Numbered from the whole stretch's first letter, positions 1-13,257 are shown. The stretch is 63,555 nt of DNA, filler included, from Atractiella rhizophila (GCA_021432655.1; 8 parts of 8 records of this genome joined end to end with filler, not necessarily neighbours in it); one strand, 5' to 3'. A program made the numbers and translations. The notes: generated by a model not told the origin, from the sequence alone.

Positions 1-3000
1 GATGGTGCATTTCAGTAATGCGTAGGGGCAAGCCTGACAGTTCAGGGTTCTCAACTTCTCAGTATTTGACAATCACCAGTGCTTTCTTCGAATTTTAGAA
101 ATCTTTGAACCTACCAACTTCCAATGTCCGATGCTCTGGGGCGCACAGCAATCATTGGTCGACTTTCAGAATCAGAATCATCTCACTAGTATAAAGCGTG
201 TTTTTTGGCCCGTATCATGATCAACATTCATCGATATTCATATCGCCTTTCATGCATTCAGCCAGTATCGTGACATTGACCCCAGTGCAATATTCTTCAC
301 GTTTCAATCTTGGGACAAGCCCCATAGACCGTTCGATTTGCACTAAGGATTCTCCTCCTTTACCCACCATGTTTCTCTATCACTTTCAACACCTAGTCAC
401 GACTCCTCTATGACCGTAAGGCACTCTGCAACTCAAAGGATTGCTTCTAGGGTTAGTCTCGAATCTCATTGAGATTGAGCTTGTTGGTGAATTGGGGACA
501 TAGAATGCCCAAGGAAGTAGTGGCTCACGATTCTAGGTGATTCGGACCATTCTGTTGCCCAGATACCAGTTAAGGAACCCGTATGTTCTTGTGTCGTCTC
601 TGATTTTCAGTGTCTTATTCGATCAGCTATCACAGTGGATTCCAAAGCAATCTGCCCTTGCTGCTTGGAAAGAGAGACTCAAACCACCACTGAAGAAGAA
701 AGGAGGTTTTTCTTTATCGATTGCTCGGAGTTCAAGTTGATTGATGGATATGTAGAATGATACCTCTGCAGCAAAGAAGGGCAAGAGAAAGTGTTGGTAG
801 CCTGATACGGAGGAGGATGAATCTGAGGTGGAACTAATGGGATCCCAGAGGAATGGTAGACAGTAGTGTAATTTAGGCATTATAATGCTTATAATCTAAT
901 GCAATAATTACAATTACGGCAAAGCGCACGGTTGACAAGGTAATCTTGATTAAATTATAGGCCGCAAGGAGCACATTATGTTTGCTTAAATTACACGACA
1001 TTACATTATAATGTAATGGTGGGAGCGCTGCTCACATACCATCCCCACCCTGAGACCCACTACACCGTTTCTCAGGGAATGGGGATGCAAGAGCCCTTCC
1101 AACTAGAGTGAGAGTACAGTGAGTGAAAGCCTTCATTGACATGCTGGAGCAACTCCAATGATCAGAATGGCCCTCTTTGAATGGGATGGATACTGGACTG
1201 CCACTATTCTTAGAGGACCGAGAGAATGAAAGTGAGCGCGGTGTCTGGCTATGATAATGGGATCCACGTTCAGGCCAATGACGCTCAGCCCGAGACTGCG
1301 AATAAGACAATGAGGCAACAGCGGACAAATCAGATAAAGATAAATGTGATTGCAGAAACGTGAACATATCGCTGCCAGCGGGGGAGGACGAAAAGTTGGG
1401 GGTGGAGAGAACAAGCTCAGAGGAACGACGTCCACGTCAGGCTCAGAGTGAGAAAGAATGTGAGCAGTTCACTCTGAGTGGGAAGGGGTCCCGCAGACCT
1501 ACGCACTCAAAATCGTCAGATGTCGGAGGTGCCACCTCTTCGCTCCCTTCGCCCTTTCTAAGACTGATAGATGAGGGACGATAATTCTTGGGCAGGCGAA
1601 AGAGAGCCGGTGCGATCTAACGAGCGAACGGGTGAGAGGATAGGTCAGGCCGTGATGAGTTCAATCATCAATCTCACGGAGCAATCTCGCCGAAGAAGGA
1701 CAGGAAGGAAGGATTACCCTTCCTCCGAGTGAATTACGGCAACTGTAGAATAACAACTTCGGATGGTCGTCATCGAGCGCTAGCCAGAGTCATGCACATA
1801 ATCCAATTCTTGCAGTGTCTGCTTCCAGCTACAATAACACAAACAGGATTCCACGCGAATCAGAATGCGAACTTACACTCGAAAGGGAGTCCCGAATATG
1901 CCGTCGTCTTCCTTCCTCTTCGCTGGAACTACTTCAAGGCGACCTTACTGGGAAAGTCTATCGCGGACGATTTATTGTACATGATATGCAAATGCAAGGC
2001 CTAAAGGACTCTGAGCCCAATGGGTGGGTCTTCGTTCTAAGGACCTCAACAGCTGTCAAAGGTATCTGTCTCTTCTTGGCCGTAAAATCCTCAGCGCTCC
2101 CCAGAAAAGTATATTCATTAAAATGAAGAAACAGATATGATCCAAATTAGAAATGAGGTTATCTTGACAGCTCCTCAATTACTTTGGAGTAGATTATGGC
2201 CTGCTGCGAGCTCTGTGTCCTCATGCTTTGAAATGGTCAAAACTCCAGGGTACACGTATCGTCGACGCAGAACCAAACGTCATGAAGATAGACTCGGAGG
2301 GGACGGCTTGAATCGTCAAATTTAAGAAATCAAATGGGAGATGGCCGGTATGCGGATGAGTCCAAAGATTCAAGGAAACCAATTACGATATTTCTCAGTC
2401 CCGAATACTTAAGCGGTGTTCATATGAAATATTGGAGACTGTGAGAGGAAGAAGCCGCTCTTCTCCATTCCCATCCCACCATATCAGTAAGAACCGGGCG
2501 AGACCGACATTTACCAATCACATTCAGGACGAAGCTAGCCCACCGAGCAGAGCTCCCTACTGTACTGCCTTCGGTAAACGGCCTCCGTTCTCCTGAAAGC
2601 GGGAGATTGTGAGTACTGAAAGGCACTATATCGAAAAGTGCATCCACCATTGAAAGCGGATCAGATCGTGAGGACCGCCTCGTTTTACAGGCGACTTTTC
2701 GAGGAAAGTGAAACACAACGCTGGAAGATTCTCGCTCCTCGGAGAGGTCGTATCGCTTGGCAGTCATGAAGAATGCCACAATACGACTGCAACAAGAAGG
2801 CCCCAGCAGCACGTAAGGAACCCCGAAGACTTAAATTGGGACCGTGCAGATCGCAGTTCCTCTTCGACTTCAGGTTCAACACTCAAACAGGCATGGAACG
2901 AGAACAGTGATATTCTGACCCGACCCCGACGGAGCAGGACGCACGAACATGTAGTATTATTGAGCAGTCTTTTGCAGCTAACCAGGATCACGCAACCAGA

Positions 3001-4188
3001 ACGAAAAGGGCTCCATGTCACTGGCAACTATCAAGCTCAGTCCCGCTTTTCATAGAATCACTGCTACGCAGAACGCCGTTGGAACGCCCGCTTTCATTTC
3101 GAGCATTCGACAGGTTCTATGGTGGGTGCTATGGTGCGACGGAGGCGGGATTCTCGGTCGCCTTGGTCGCCTAACTGCTAGGCATAACAATGAGAAGATA
3201 TTTATGCATGAGAGATGCATGCCAGAAATATATTGGACTGATGAAAGCTGCAAGTGTGCCTGAAGAATCTGTTGGGCCTTTTTATGGTTGTGGCTCATCA
3301 AAGAGTCTGTGCCTGCCTTTTCAAAGTTCGAGGGGACAGCAGCTCATGGAGAGCACCATATCTCATCAAACGCTATGATCAGAATCCCAACTAAAGACAG
3401 ATCTAACGTTCTCGAGACGCCCAACCATAATAAGCTTTTTAGCTTTCCGTTTCATGCATGCAAACCTTGAACAAAGACCAACTAAGCGCATGGTCGTTCT
3501 CTCCAGAAAACCGGAAGATGTGACAGGTCTGAGGCAATAAGAGGCTTATCTCTTGCCGGACACTTTGCGAACTTAGAAAGGACTCAAAGCGGGTTTTGAT
3601 TTCCAAAGACGGTCCTGTATTCCAAAAAGAGCTCCCGTCTTCTAGGTCCCATTGGGAAATCGAAGGTATGTCGAAATGGAGGCACCGGACGAGTTTGACT
3701 CTCGCCGTCGTAAATATTGTCCATGGTTTGAAACGCAATCTGTGGCTGTTACTAAGAAGCGCCGCATTGCTTCTTCTATTACGGTGAGTTGTGGCTGACT
3801 TGCATGATGTCCAAGGAGAACATCATAGTTAGGAGACAAGCAGCAACATTAATACAGGCGGTCGTCCTGACAATAATTGACAATGCTGAAGCGCTGGAGT
3901 ATGAACCAATTTAGCAAGGTGCTCCCGAATAACTGGAACGGGCTGACGTGTGGAAAGAAGACAAAGTGCTCAAGCTCAAGAATGCTCATACATAGAGCGA
4001 CAGAAGCTCAGGCAAATTCCCCCTCGTCTATCTTGCATTCACTAATTGGTATTGGAGTAATCCATTGGGCTTCGTGCACCAAGCGGGCCCAGCATCTCGC
4101 CCTCTCACAAAATCTACGAAAACGAACCCAAACGGTTCACAACCCTCCCACGGCGAACCAACACAGGCTCTCGACCTCTCGAAGTAAT

Positions 4189-5622
4189 ATGTCGTTGCGC
4201 GCTACATGGTATGGATATGTAGCAGACATCACCGACGTGGAGAAGATCATTCACGCTTGTGTTGTAGGGTTACTCGTTGACATGCCCAGAAGGTTAGACG
4301 AGCAGGAGAGGGAAGAGCTAATCCAGCACGGCACCGTTTTTGTTTTTGAGGAAGGCAAAAGCGGGATGATGCGATGGACTGATCACCTGAAGGTGCTTAT
4401 CCTCCTTGAACCTTCTGACACAGGAATATAAAGAACTGACTGGTTATTATTTCTTGATCAACAACATCAGTGCGGGCAATCCAGAATGTCCGGCGTCTTT
4501 CTCACTTATACTGAACGCGAGTATCCAATCGGCGCGCTTCCTCTCACCAGAGCCTCCATCTGTATCAACAGACAGGTATCGAACGCGACAATCGAACGCT
4601 GGCACCTCGTCGCGTACTACAATAGGGAGTATCGTAGGCTCCCACGAGTTAGTGACGATCCAGTCCTCAAATCTGTCATCGTGCCATTTAAAATGTATGC
4701 CAACAACTCGTCGAGGAACCGAAGCGGGACAGGCGGATTGTTTGGCGGGAGTTCCACCAGTAGCAGTAGTAAGAGTCCCCCAAACCCAACATCTGTACGT
4801 GGAGTCACGCCTCCACTCCGTCCCACAAGTGCGATGTTACCTGGTCGTCCAACGCAAGCTCAACCTGCTCCTTTCCCTTCTTACTCCCAATCCCAAGCCC
4901 AACAGCAGCCTCGTCCGAACTTATTCGGGAGGAGCGGTCTACCCTCTGCTTCGACGAACACCGCAAACACTCGGCTTCCTCCCATGCAGACACGTCCTCC
5001 TGCACAACCCCAAACTCAACCCTCTCGCCCACTCTTCGGTGGAATGAGAGCCTCGACTCCCCCGCCTCAAGCCACACGGCCACCGGCTCAGCCTCCATCA
5101 TCAGGAGGTCTCTTCGGTAGAAGAGCACCAAGCCCTGGACCTCAAATGCAGCAGCAGCCTCAGCAACAAGCCAGAGCAATGTTTGGCATGAGGACCGCCA
5201 CTCCGCCACCTCCCCAATCCCAACCACTGCGGTCCGCTTCCCCCAACTCCTCCTCCCGCTCTTTCTGGGGACGCTCTTCCAATCCCTCTCCCACGTCGAG
5301 AACGAGCAGCGAATACAATCACTCTCATTACCAACCGGACGATATGATGGACGTTGATCGGGAAATGGGAGGCTTGGGTATCGGGATACAAAGGCCCTCG
5401 ACTGGGATGGGGATAGGGAGGCCGAGGCTCCCTAGTGTTACCGGGATGAGTGGAATGAATGGGCTGGGGAGTTACCAGAGAGGAAGGAGGATGAGTGTGG
5501 ACATGAGAGGACCAGATGATACCGAGTACGTCACTCCTCACTGCATAAGCAGAGAGAAAGACTAATGTGATGTTTTCTTATTGTCCAGGATGTTACAAGC
5601 GCTAACGAGAGGAAGCAGATAA
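4189..5622 (+). CDS. Gti1/Pac2 (WOPR) family transcription factor
   Basis: Hand-spliced exons 4189-4392, 4471-5525, 5589-5622. WOPR-type motifs: TWYGYV...PRRLDEQERE.LIQHGTVFVFEE..SGMMRWTD, SR..GVFLTY.E, WHLVAYY...DP.L. These are followed by a P/Q/S-rich tail and a C-terminal DDTEMLQAL. Confidence 0.88.
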
Positions 5623-7582
5623 CCGAAAAGCCTAGGGTGCTTACCCCTTTCACCAAGGCACAACCGATCGATCAATGCCCTCAGCATCAAAAACCAAAGG
5701 ATCGGCCGCTTGCACGTTTGGTTGAGAACACTCTTTGTTCATTTACTTCATTCAGTACCAGTCTGTCCATCATCTTCGCAACGTCCAACTCAGAATGCTT
5801 CGTTTCGTTCATATGGGCTATAGTACCTAGCCCACTCACCACACTCCTTCCTTTCAGCCTCTGCATTTGTGATTGCTTTTCAATTCGTCAGTGACTTTCA
5901 AAGTAACCACTTCCGCTCCTCCAAAAATGCTGTATGTTATATGCTCCTGCAGCAACAGTTCCCTCCCTTCACTTGGTTTGCCTGTCGTTCAAAATTGACA
6001 CCGCTTACTGAACACTCTATGGCGACATTTATTCCCCCAGCATTTTTTAGCATTTGTTTGTGTTTGCAAACTTTTATGCCGTATGCCGATGCTTCCCGCT
6101 TTTATCAAAACCTTTGCTTTGCTTTGAAAAAGTTACCCCGGTTTATAGCTCTACTTAATGATCCACTTGTATATAGCTGCCGCGTGTTTGGACTCAGGGC
6201 GTTGAAATTTTACTCCACATTGGTCAAGAGTGCATCAGAATTGGCCATGCTCCCGTGTCTCCCGTGTGCTCGGTATGCTTCGCCAGAGCCGCGCTCAGAA
6301 TGGATGCATTGAGATACGCTTGGAGGATTGTGGGGGTTGAAGTCTTGTTGCCCTTTCCTTCGGGTTAATCCAGCATCGTCAAACAAGGACAAAAGACTGG
6401 AAGAAGAATGAGGGACCCATCCTGCCTTTTTTCTTCCCTTGTCAGCTGTCATATTTAGGAGACAGTACGCCGTGACAAATTCACTCTTGATACAGACTGA
6501 ACTTTATCATCCCAGTCGCACCAGCTTGTCTGGATTGAAATTGTAACTTTGGTATGTTGCCGTACCTTAGCAGAAAGAAAAGCCCTCACTTTTAAACGCT
6601 GCTGCTGTTTAGGAGATATCCACTTTCCGCCTCAATGTGGGAATCTATGCTGTCTCTGTCTCCTACAGGCAAGATCTATCTATCTTGCCTCTCCACGAGG
6701 GGAAGTGACGATGTCCGCCTCAAACGAACAAGAATTGTAGACGTACTAGCACTAAGGGCGTCCTTCCACTTGCAACTCGCAGGACTTCTCGTGGGTAAGC
6801 CAGTAAATCCTGTGCGGGTAGGGAATGGACAGGTGAATCCACTTGCCAATGTTGAAACCACGGGCAAGCGGAAGCCACCTGACGACTTGAGTGGTCCTTG
6901 CAAAGGCACAATGAGACTACGTAAAGCTTTATAATCTGGTGTTTCTCTTTTTCTCGCTGCAACGAGAACTAAAAAGGACAATTTATGCTTGGGTTTACAC
7001 CTTCGCTTCACGCTACAGGGTGATGAAAAGCTCTAGCATCAGCTGCTGAATTGCATGGCTTCCGAAGGCATTCTTGTTTGAAAAGTGAACACAATTAAGT
7101 TCTTGGGCATCCTCGTCTCCTGCAATATTCTATGTTTCCTTCATCTGATGCGGAAACCTTCCAGCTTCGGTATTGTGCCCTCCACGACCCCAAACTCCTG
7201 CTGCACCGTCATGAGTCTGTCTGAACCCTTCGACTCCCATCCTGCCAGTCATCTCGCGGGTAAGCCTTTCAACGGCTGGGAACCCCTTGCGGCACAGGGA
7301 GGGGTGAGGATGCGTTAAGAGAACTAAACCCTTTCGAGAAAACGCAGCGAACGACGGCTGTTCACTGTGACAGGCGTAAGCAGCACGGTAACCGCAACTC
7401 GCGCTAGGAGCGAGGAGAATCGGGAAGGGGGAAGGAAATACTGAATGTTGAAAGTTCTGGCTATGCCACAACATCCATGATCCTTTCCTGGCAATAAAAG
7501 CTCGAGAATTGAGGCAAGTGCTTCCCATCTCCTTCTTGTCTTTTCTCTCCTCCACTTTCAATCACGACTAGAAACGACAGTG

Positions 7583-9278
7583 ATGAGACATAGCACATGG
7601 CCCACAATCATCTACAACTTTGCTTTGCTTGCATCGACAGCGACTTCAGCACCGTATACAGGCCCAAATCCTTTCAAGAACGGATATGAAGGCTTGGGCT
7701 CAAAGTGCGGCTCACTTACAACTAAAACAGCCAACCCCGCTCAACTTGTCGAGAATCCGTTCCCCATGACGTGAGCAGATTTGCTCTCTGCCTTCTGTGT
7801 TCTGAGGACGGTATCAGATGCCATGCCGAGTACTCAGGCCGTGGCAACAGCGGCTCGTTCGTAGGTCTGGCGTTCGTTCCTTCTTCTCTAGAAACTTAGA
7901 CCTACAACCTGACAACCACTCCATAGCGGTCATGCTGCAGATCCGAATTCATTGGCCAGTACAAGGACAGAGAAAATGGCGAACGAATCTGAGGACATAA
8001 GCAAGCGTCAACCAACGTACGTGACTATCACGTACAATCCAACATTGAAACTGATGAAAGTCCCACTCTCTCCGACAGCTGTGGCGTCACCCCTAATGAA
8101 GAGAAGATGGGACAACTTCGGAAGAAGTATAGTGACCGCATGTCTAAGAATCGCAAAACTCTGGAATCCTATGCAAAGCCGACAACAGAGGCAGGTGCTA
8201 TCATTGCCGTGCGCAAGTATTTCCTTTAATTTCCTTCTCTCCATCTCCCCAGCCTGCTCCAGCTCTTACAAATCATCAGATTTCCACGTCATCACTGCCA
8301 ACACGACCAGAGCCGGTGGAAACCTTTCTCGCCTCGATGTAGATTTGAGTGCGCATCTTTTCTTCATTACCCACGAATTGCGTCCCTGATGACGAGGGAT
8401 CAGGCATATTAGCCCTTAATAATGGCTTTTCAGGGACTGGCCTCCAATTTGAGCTCGCATCACTAGACTACAGTCAAAACAGCACCTGGTTCCTCAAAGC
8501 AAACACCTTTGAGCAAGATGCGAATGGAGGACTCATCGCTAGCAAAGAGGGAGCACAGATAGATTATGAGATGAAGACCGCTCTGCGCGTAGGAGAAGAG
8601 AAGGACTTGAACGTTTATACTGTTGCATTTGAAGGCACTCCTTCGTTGCTGGGCTATTCGTAAGATTATCATCATTCTTTATCTGGTGGCAGAGACACTG
8701 ATGATCAGGATGTGATGTGGTAGTGCTTTTCCAGAAGATTACGAGGACAAACCAATCTTTGATGGTGTGCTTATACATTACCGAACTACTCCGGGAGGAG
8801 GATTCACTACGTGAGCACCACAGTAGCCTAATCTAATGAGGTTGATTGAACCTTCATGCACAGAGCTTATCAAGGAAAGAACTTGGTGCACGAAGTCGGG
8901 CACGTCATCTCTCCCTCATCACCATTTGTGCATGGAAGTCCTAACAGACAGCGCAGGCATTGGGTGGGGCTCTTCCACCCATTCCAAGGCAGCTGTGACG
9001 ATTCAGATGACGGCGGAGACATGGTAGGCTTCTCCCTGCTTCCGCCATGAGGACTACACTCAGTGAGGGAACAGGTCGATGACACGCCACCCGAACTCGA
9101 ACCTACTGGAGGTTGTCCAGTCTCCAATCCACCCAAAACGTGCCCAGGAGAAAATCAGCCAAGCTCCATCTTCAACTATATGTCGTACACTTTCGATGCT
9201 TGTAAGAACCAGTTCACTCCTGGTCAGATCACCAGGTTAAGATCACAGTTGGACATGTTTAGGGGGATTGAAATTTGA
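7583..9278 (+). CDS. Secreted M43 (pappalysin-like) zinc metalloprotease, multi-exon
   Basis: Signal-peptide-like N-terminus; FHVI, MKTALR.G...DLNVY, LLGYS, HEVGHWVGLFHPFQG (after removing intron 8900-8956), VDDTP and the Met-turn NYMSY..D.C...FTPGQ..R. Confidence 0.92.
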
Positions 9279-9385
9279 CTGATTGATTGATGTAACTCTA
9301 GATCTGTATTCACTTTGATCACGGACTGAATTATCACTCTTTTCCTTCATGTTCGCATTGTGGAAAGTTGCCTGCGATACTATCC

Positions 9386-9485
9386 NNNNNNNNNNNNNNN
9401 NNNNNNNNNNNNNNNNNNNNNNNNNNNNNTTAATTAATTAANNNNNNNNNNNNNNNNNNNNNNNNNNNNNNNNNNNNNNNNNNNN
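9386..9485. other. Artificial contig-joining spacer (N44-TTAATTAATTAA-N44)
   Basis: The identical 100-bp spacer with a six-frame stop core recurs at 18856-18955, 28317-28416, 37771-37870, 47213-47312, 56620-56719 and 60434-60533. Confidence 0.99.
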
Positions 9486-9753
9486 GTTTGACATCCTTGT
9501 CCTTCAGCTCGGAGCAGTCGTAGTTCCCTAATTCTTCTACTTCATTCCTCCATTTCATGCTCGCCGTCGCCTCGCTGTTTCCAAAATCACCAGAAGCGAG
9601 TGAACATTCTTCTGGGGCACGCCGTATTAAATCTTCCAACTTCGCCCAAAAAGTGTTGGGCAGGAGCGGACGAAGATCGGAGACTGGCTCTTTGGTTGGA
9701 AGGAACCCGAGCTCCAGCGAAGCTTCGGAAGGCATCAAGGAGTCTGCAGCCAT
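9486..9753 (-). CDS. Probable indoleamine 2,3-dioxygenase (Bna2-like), 5' fragment truncated by the contig end
   Basis: LGFLPTKEP...L.....W..LE.......WRNEVEEL...D...L resembles the N-terminus of fungal IDOs. Start uncertain; the catalytic region is not in the window. Confidence 0.55.
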
Positions 9754-10890
9754 AATGCTGAAAAGGTCGTAGTTCACTACAGAGGTGGGGCGTATCACAG
9801 CATGCAACAATGAGCAACAATCCGGCTTTTCAGGTCAAGGCAGCTGCTGAGTCAGGCGGACTACACAGACAAGGGGGGTGGGTCTGGGAAGGGGAAATAG
9901 GAGGTAATTTCTGGAGCGGGGAGTGACGCACTTCGTCTTTCGTGCCCTCACCCAATGTCGACGGATCGCTTCGGCGAGCAGCCTCGAACGCTCTCCCTGC
10001 AGGTTGGTCCATTGTAACGTCTCAACCATCGAGAAAATCGCGGGTTCTACTTCGTCCCAGTGGCGACAGAAACATTTCGGAACAATTACAATTCAAGTTG
10101 CAGCATCAAATTGTCGCGTGCGTGCGTATCAAACTACATCAACGCTTGGTTACGCGAGTAGTAAGAGAGCGCGGCGAATTGAGATTGGTGTGGCAGGATG
10201 TTCTAGGAGAGTCTAGATGCTGCTGTTCAGCCCAGTGACAGCGCATGCCCGAATCAGCTTGGAGTCTTAAAATGATTGTCTCCAAAATTCAGCTGTGTGA
10301 TGAGTTCACAAAAGCAACATGCAGACATCTTCTTAGAGACAATGCAAAGTTGGTCAATCAAGCTCAAATGTGATGCCGATACTTGACGGTTCAGAGCACA
10401 CACCTTAATTGCTGGGTGCTATGATAGCTTGACCACATCGTGCTGAGTGCTGTCAGTGCTGACCGAATCCTTATTTGTTCAGATTTGTTCAGCATCAGCT
10501 TTCTCCGACCATCCGAGAGAGAAGGTGGAGGGTGAAGGACTTGGGTTAAGTTGCTAGAGGTTACTCAATGCTAATTTCTGTTCATTGTTACCCATTCTTG
10601 GATCTTAGAGTGTATGGTGCGACTGGGCTTGGGGACTCTTGTCGTGCTTTACCTCCGTTAAGTACAGTCAGCTTGCTTTTTTAGAACTCCACAACAGCTC
10701 GAGTACGAGCCGAACAGTCAGTATTCCGCTCAAAAGCTTGTACAAGGTAGTTCTGACTGATCGCCGTTCAGGGAGATTACCTGTCAAGCGAGCCGGCACG
10801 AACTTGCAAATCTCTGGTAGCCTCACAATTGTCGATAGCTGCATATCTACTGACCTTCGAGCCAGCTTCCGTCCCTTTTGAAAGAAATCA

Positions 10891-13257
10891 ATGGAGAAGC
10901 GTGTAGGAGACGATACAAATCCCGGTCGGAGACGGTGAGCACCGCTTTGGGCCTCACAAACTGCATGAGAAACACTTACTGCTCGCAGATGGAACCTGAA
11001 TCAACTGTCGCTGGGAGCATACAGCTCCTCGAAGGAGCTCTTCGCAGACATTTCGAAGATTCGGACTAGGGACAAGAGAAATAGAAGGATGAAGGATCCA
11101 AGGCAGAAGGGACCGATCTTCAAGGAAAGGTAGATACCCATCCTACATTCAGCTCACTGATGACTTTTGAACGAATTGCAGTACGACCTTACACGAATCC
11201 AAACTTCAACGAACTGTGGATACCGTTTTATTGAACGATTCTTCCATAAATTCACGGCTAGGGCTCCATGTCCTTTCAATAAGCCTGGGCGACCACCTTT
11301 TATCTCGTGAGCATCTTCCCTAAGGTGATTGCATGAAATCAAACCTCAAACAGTGGGAATTGACTATTCGGCTGTCATGCTTCAGGCGGTCACGACCTTC
11401 CGCCTACCTTCGACCTACACGTCCTACCAACAATTCAAGGCGGAAGTCAGTGGTGGCCACATGTCTGACCTTGCTGAGGCAAGTTTCCGGATTGATATTC
11501 GACCTGTCCAAGCTGATGTGCTGTCCAGGTTTGGATGTCTTATGCCTTAATGCTTGGGGTGAGATGGACGCATCATTCTGTATATCAATCGCTTTGCTAC
11601 AGTCTCCAATAACCTAAGCACACATTAGGCAATTCTTGGACGTCAAAGTCTCATCGCCATACCGGAACAAACACTAGCAGACGACCCATTAGACCTACGG
11701 CCACAAGGGTACGCACGATACCATGCCTGGATGCGACTTCTGCATCAAACCATTGATCTCGCCACGAGGTCACAATCCTCTATCATTCGACGCTCCGACC
11801 AGTCGTCTCTAACGATCATCTTAACCATGTTGAGCTCCACATACAGGCTGCATCCAGTAATGGCGAAACAGCTGTTGAGGACCGCTTGGCAGATCTTCCA
11901 GACGTTATGGGCTGGAAGGACAGAAGGCGAAGAGAGGGTATTGGTGGACAATTTCAAACATATCTATGTAAGGTGCCTTCACTTCCATCCGAAAAACCTG
12001 ATCTGTTGGACACAGATGTATGACATTATTATTCATACAGATTGCGACGAAATGGTGTTCTTGTGAGAAATAACTACCACAAATGTAAACATCTTGATGA
12101 CGGATAGGACGGACGATCAAATCCGCAAAGTTCTTCGAACTACTATGGCAGAATCGGGATTGTTCATTGACCCCTCTTTTTTTTATTTAAACAAAACCAG
12201 ATTGTTTAATATTTCGGAAGATTGGGGCATGCCACAGTGGTGTCTTAGGCGACACATTTCGCTCATAAGTGAGTAGTGTTGTCCAAGGCAGTGTGTTGTT
12301 CAACCACTTTGGATAGGAGGTAAAATAAAGGGACGTTCAATAACTTCAACAGAATGTCAATCTTTTTGCCTCAAAATCATGGAACTCTGCGAAGATTTCC
12401 GTCGGTGGAGAGAAGAAGATTTCCAACTCATTTCTCAGCCATCGGATGAAATCTGCGACCGCGAACAGCCTTTGTATTCGTGTGCCATTGGAGAAGAGGA
12501 TTTCACTTCCACAATTTACACCCAATGCCGGGAAGCAAGAAATGTCTTTTCAACAGCTCGTCTACTCGCATTTTGTCAAGAGATGTTTCCCGAAAATGAT
12601 GCCTTCGACGAGATGATCAATACTTGGAACTTCGCTTGTGATCGCCAAATCCACCTTGTCTGCGATTTGGTTGCCATTCTTCTGCAGAGGTACAAATTGT
12701 CACCATGTTCCCTCCTTGACAACGCATTTAGTGCGAAGGTTCACGCCTTGTTCGACTCCATTTTCGATTCTCACACTCTCGTCCAATGGTGCCGTCACTT
12801 TCGCGATAGAAAGCCATTGATGCAAGAGCATGCTTTCTCGCTTCATCTACCTTGTCCATTTTACTGATGGCAGTCCTGTAGGTGGATAAATATCATGAAG
12901 CATTTGTCCTTTCACCAAAAAACCACGGCAGACCAAGTGACGGCATTTGAGACCGAAGAGGAAGCGCAGGCGACTTTTTTGTCGTCGTCGTCGCAAATTG
13001 AGGTGAGCATTCACTTCCCATGAAGCACAGGAATCGGACAGCTGCTGAAGATTCCATCCCAGGCAGACTTGGGTAGCACAGAGCCCGCTCTTGCGCGATT
13101 TACGAGTGAAATCACGGGGGATAGTCTTGAGGCGTTGTGTTCGTCTGTGTCATCAGTTTCGGATGAACTTCGAAGCCCTTCCCCGTCAATATGGGATTTT
13201 TCGAACACTCTTGGCACAATGATAGCGCACGATGTTGAACTTGAGACCCTACTGTAA
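10891..13257 (+). CDS. Paralog A of a tandem pair; putative transcription-factor-like protein lacking an intact Zn2Cys6 domain (may be a pseudogene)
   Basis: Exon-by-exon similarity to 13835-16513, e.g. WNLNQLS/WDLNQLS, SLGDHLLS, GIDYS, PLDLRPQGY/PLDLRSQGY, DREQP, AFDEM, IMKHLSF, RSPSPSIWDF. Intron positions are shared. Start uncertain. Confidence 0.75.

Noticed and set aside
4406..5541. Long overlapping and antisense ORFs over the WOPR tail (similar ones over 58804-59647 and 49427-50675)
   Set aside because: Shadow frames of GC-rich low-complexity coding sequence with no independent motifs.
5637..7560. Several 60-150 aa ORFs between the WOPR and protease genes
   Set aside because: No recognisable motifs or coherent exon chain; treated as intergenic.
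9430..9441. Recurrent TTAATTAATTAA palindrome at ~9.4-kb spacing, superficially a regular repeat array
   Set aside because: Always centred in exactly 88 Ns; it is a synthetic six-frame-stop linker.
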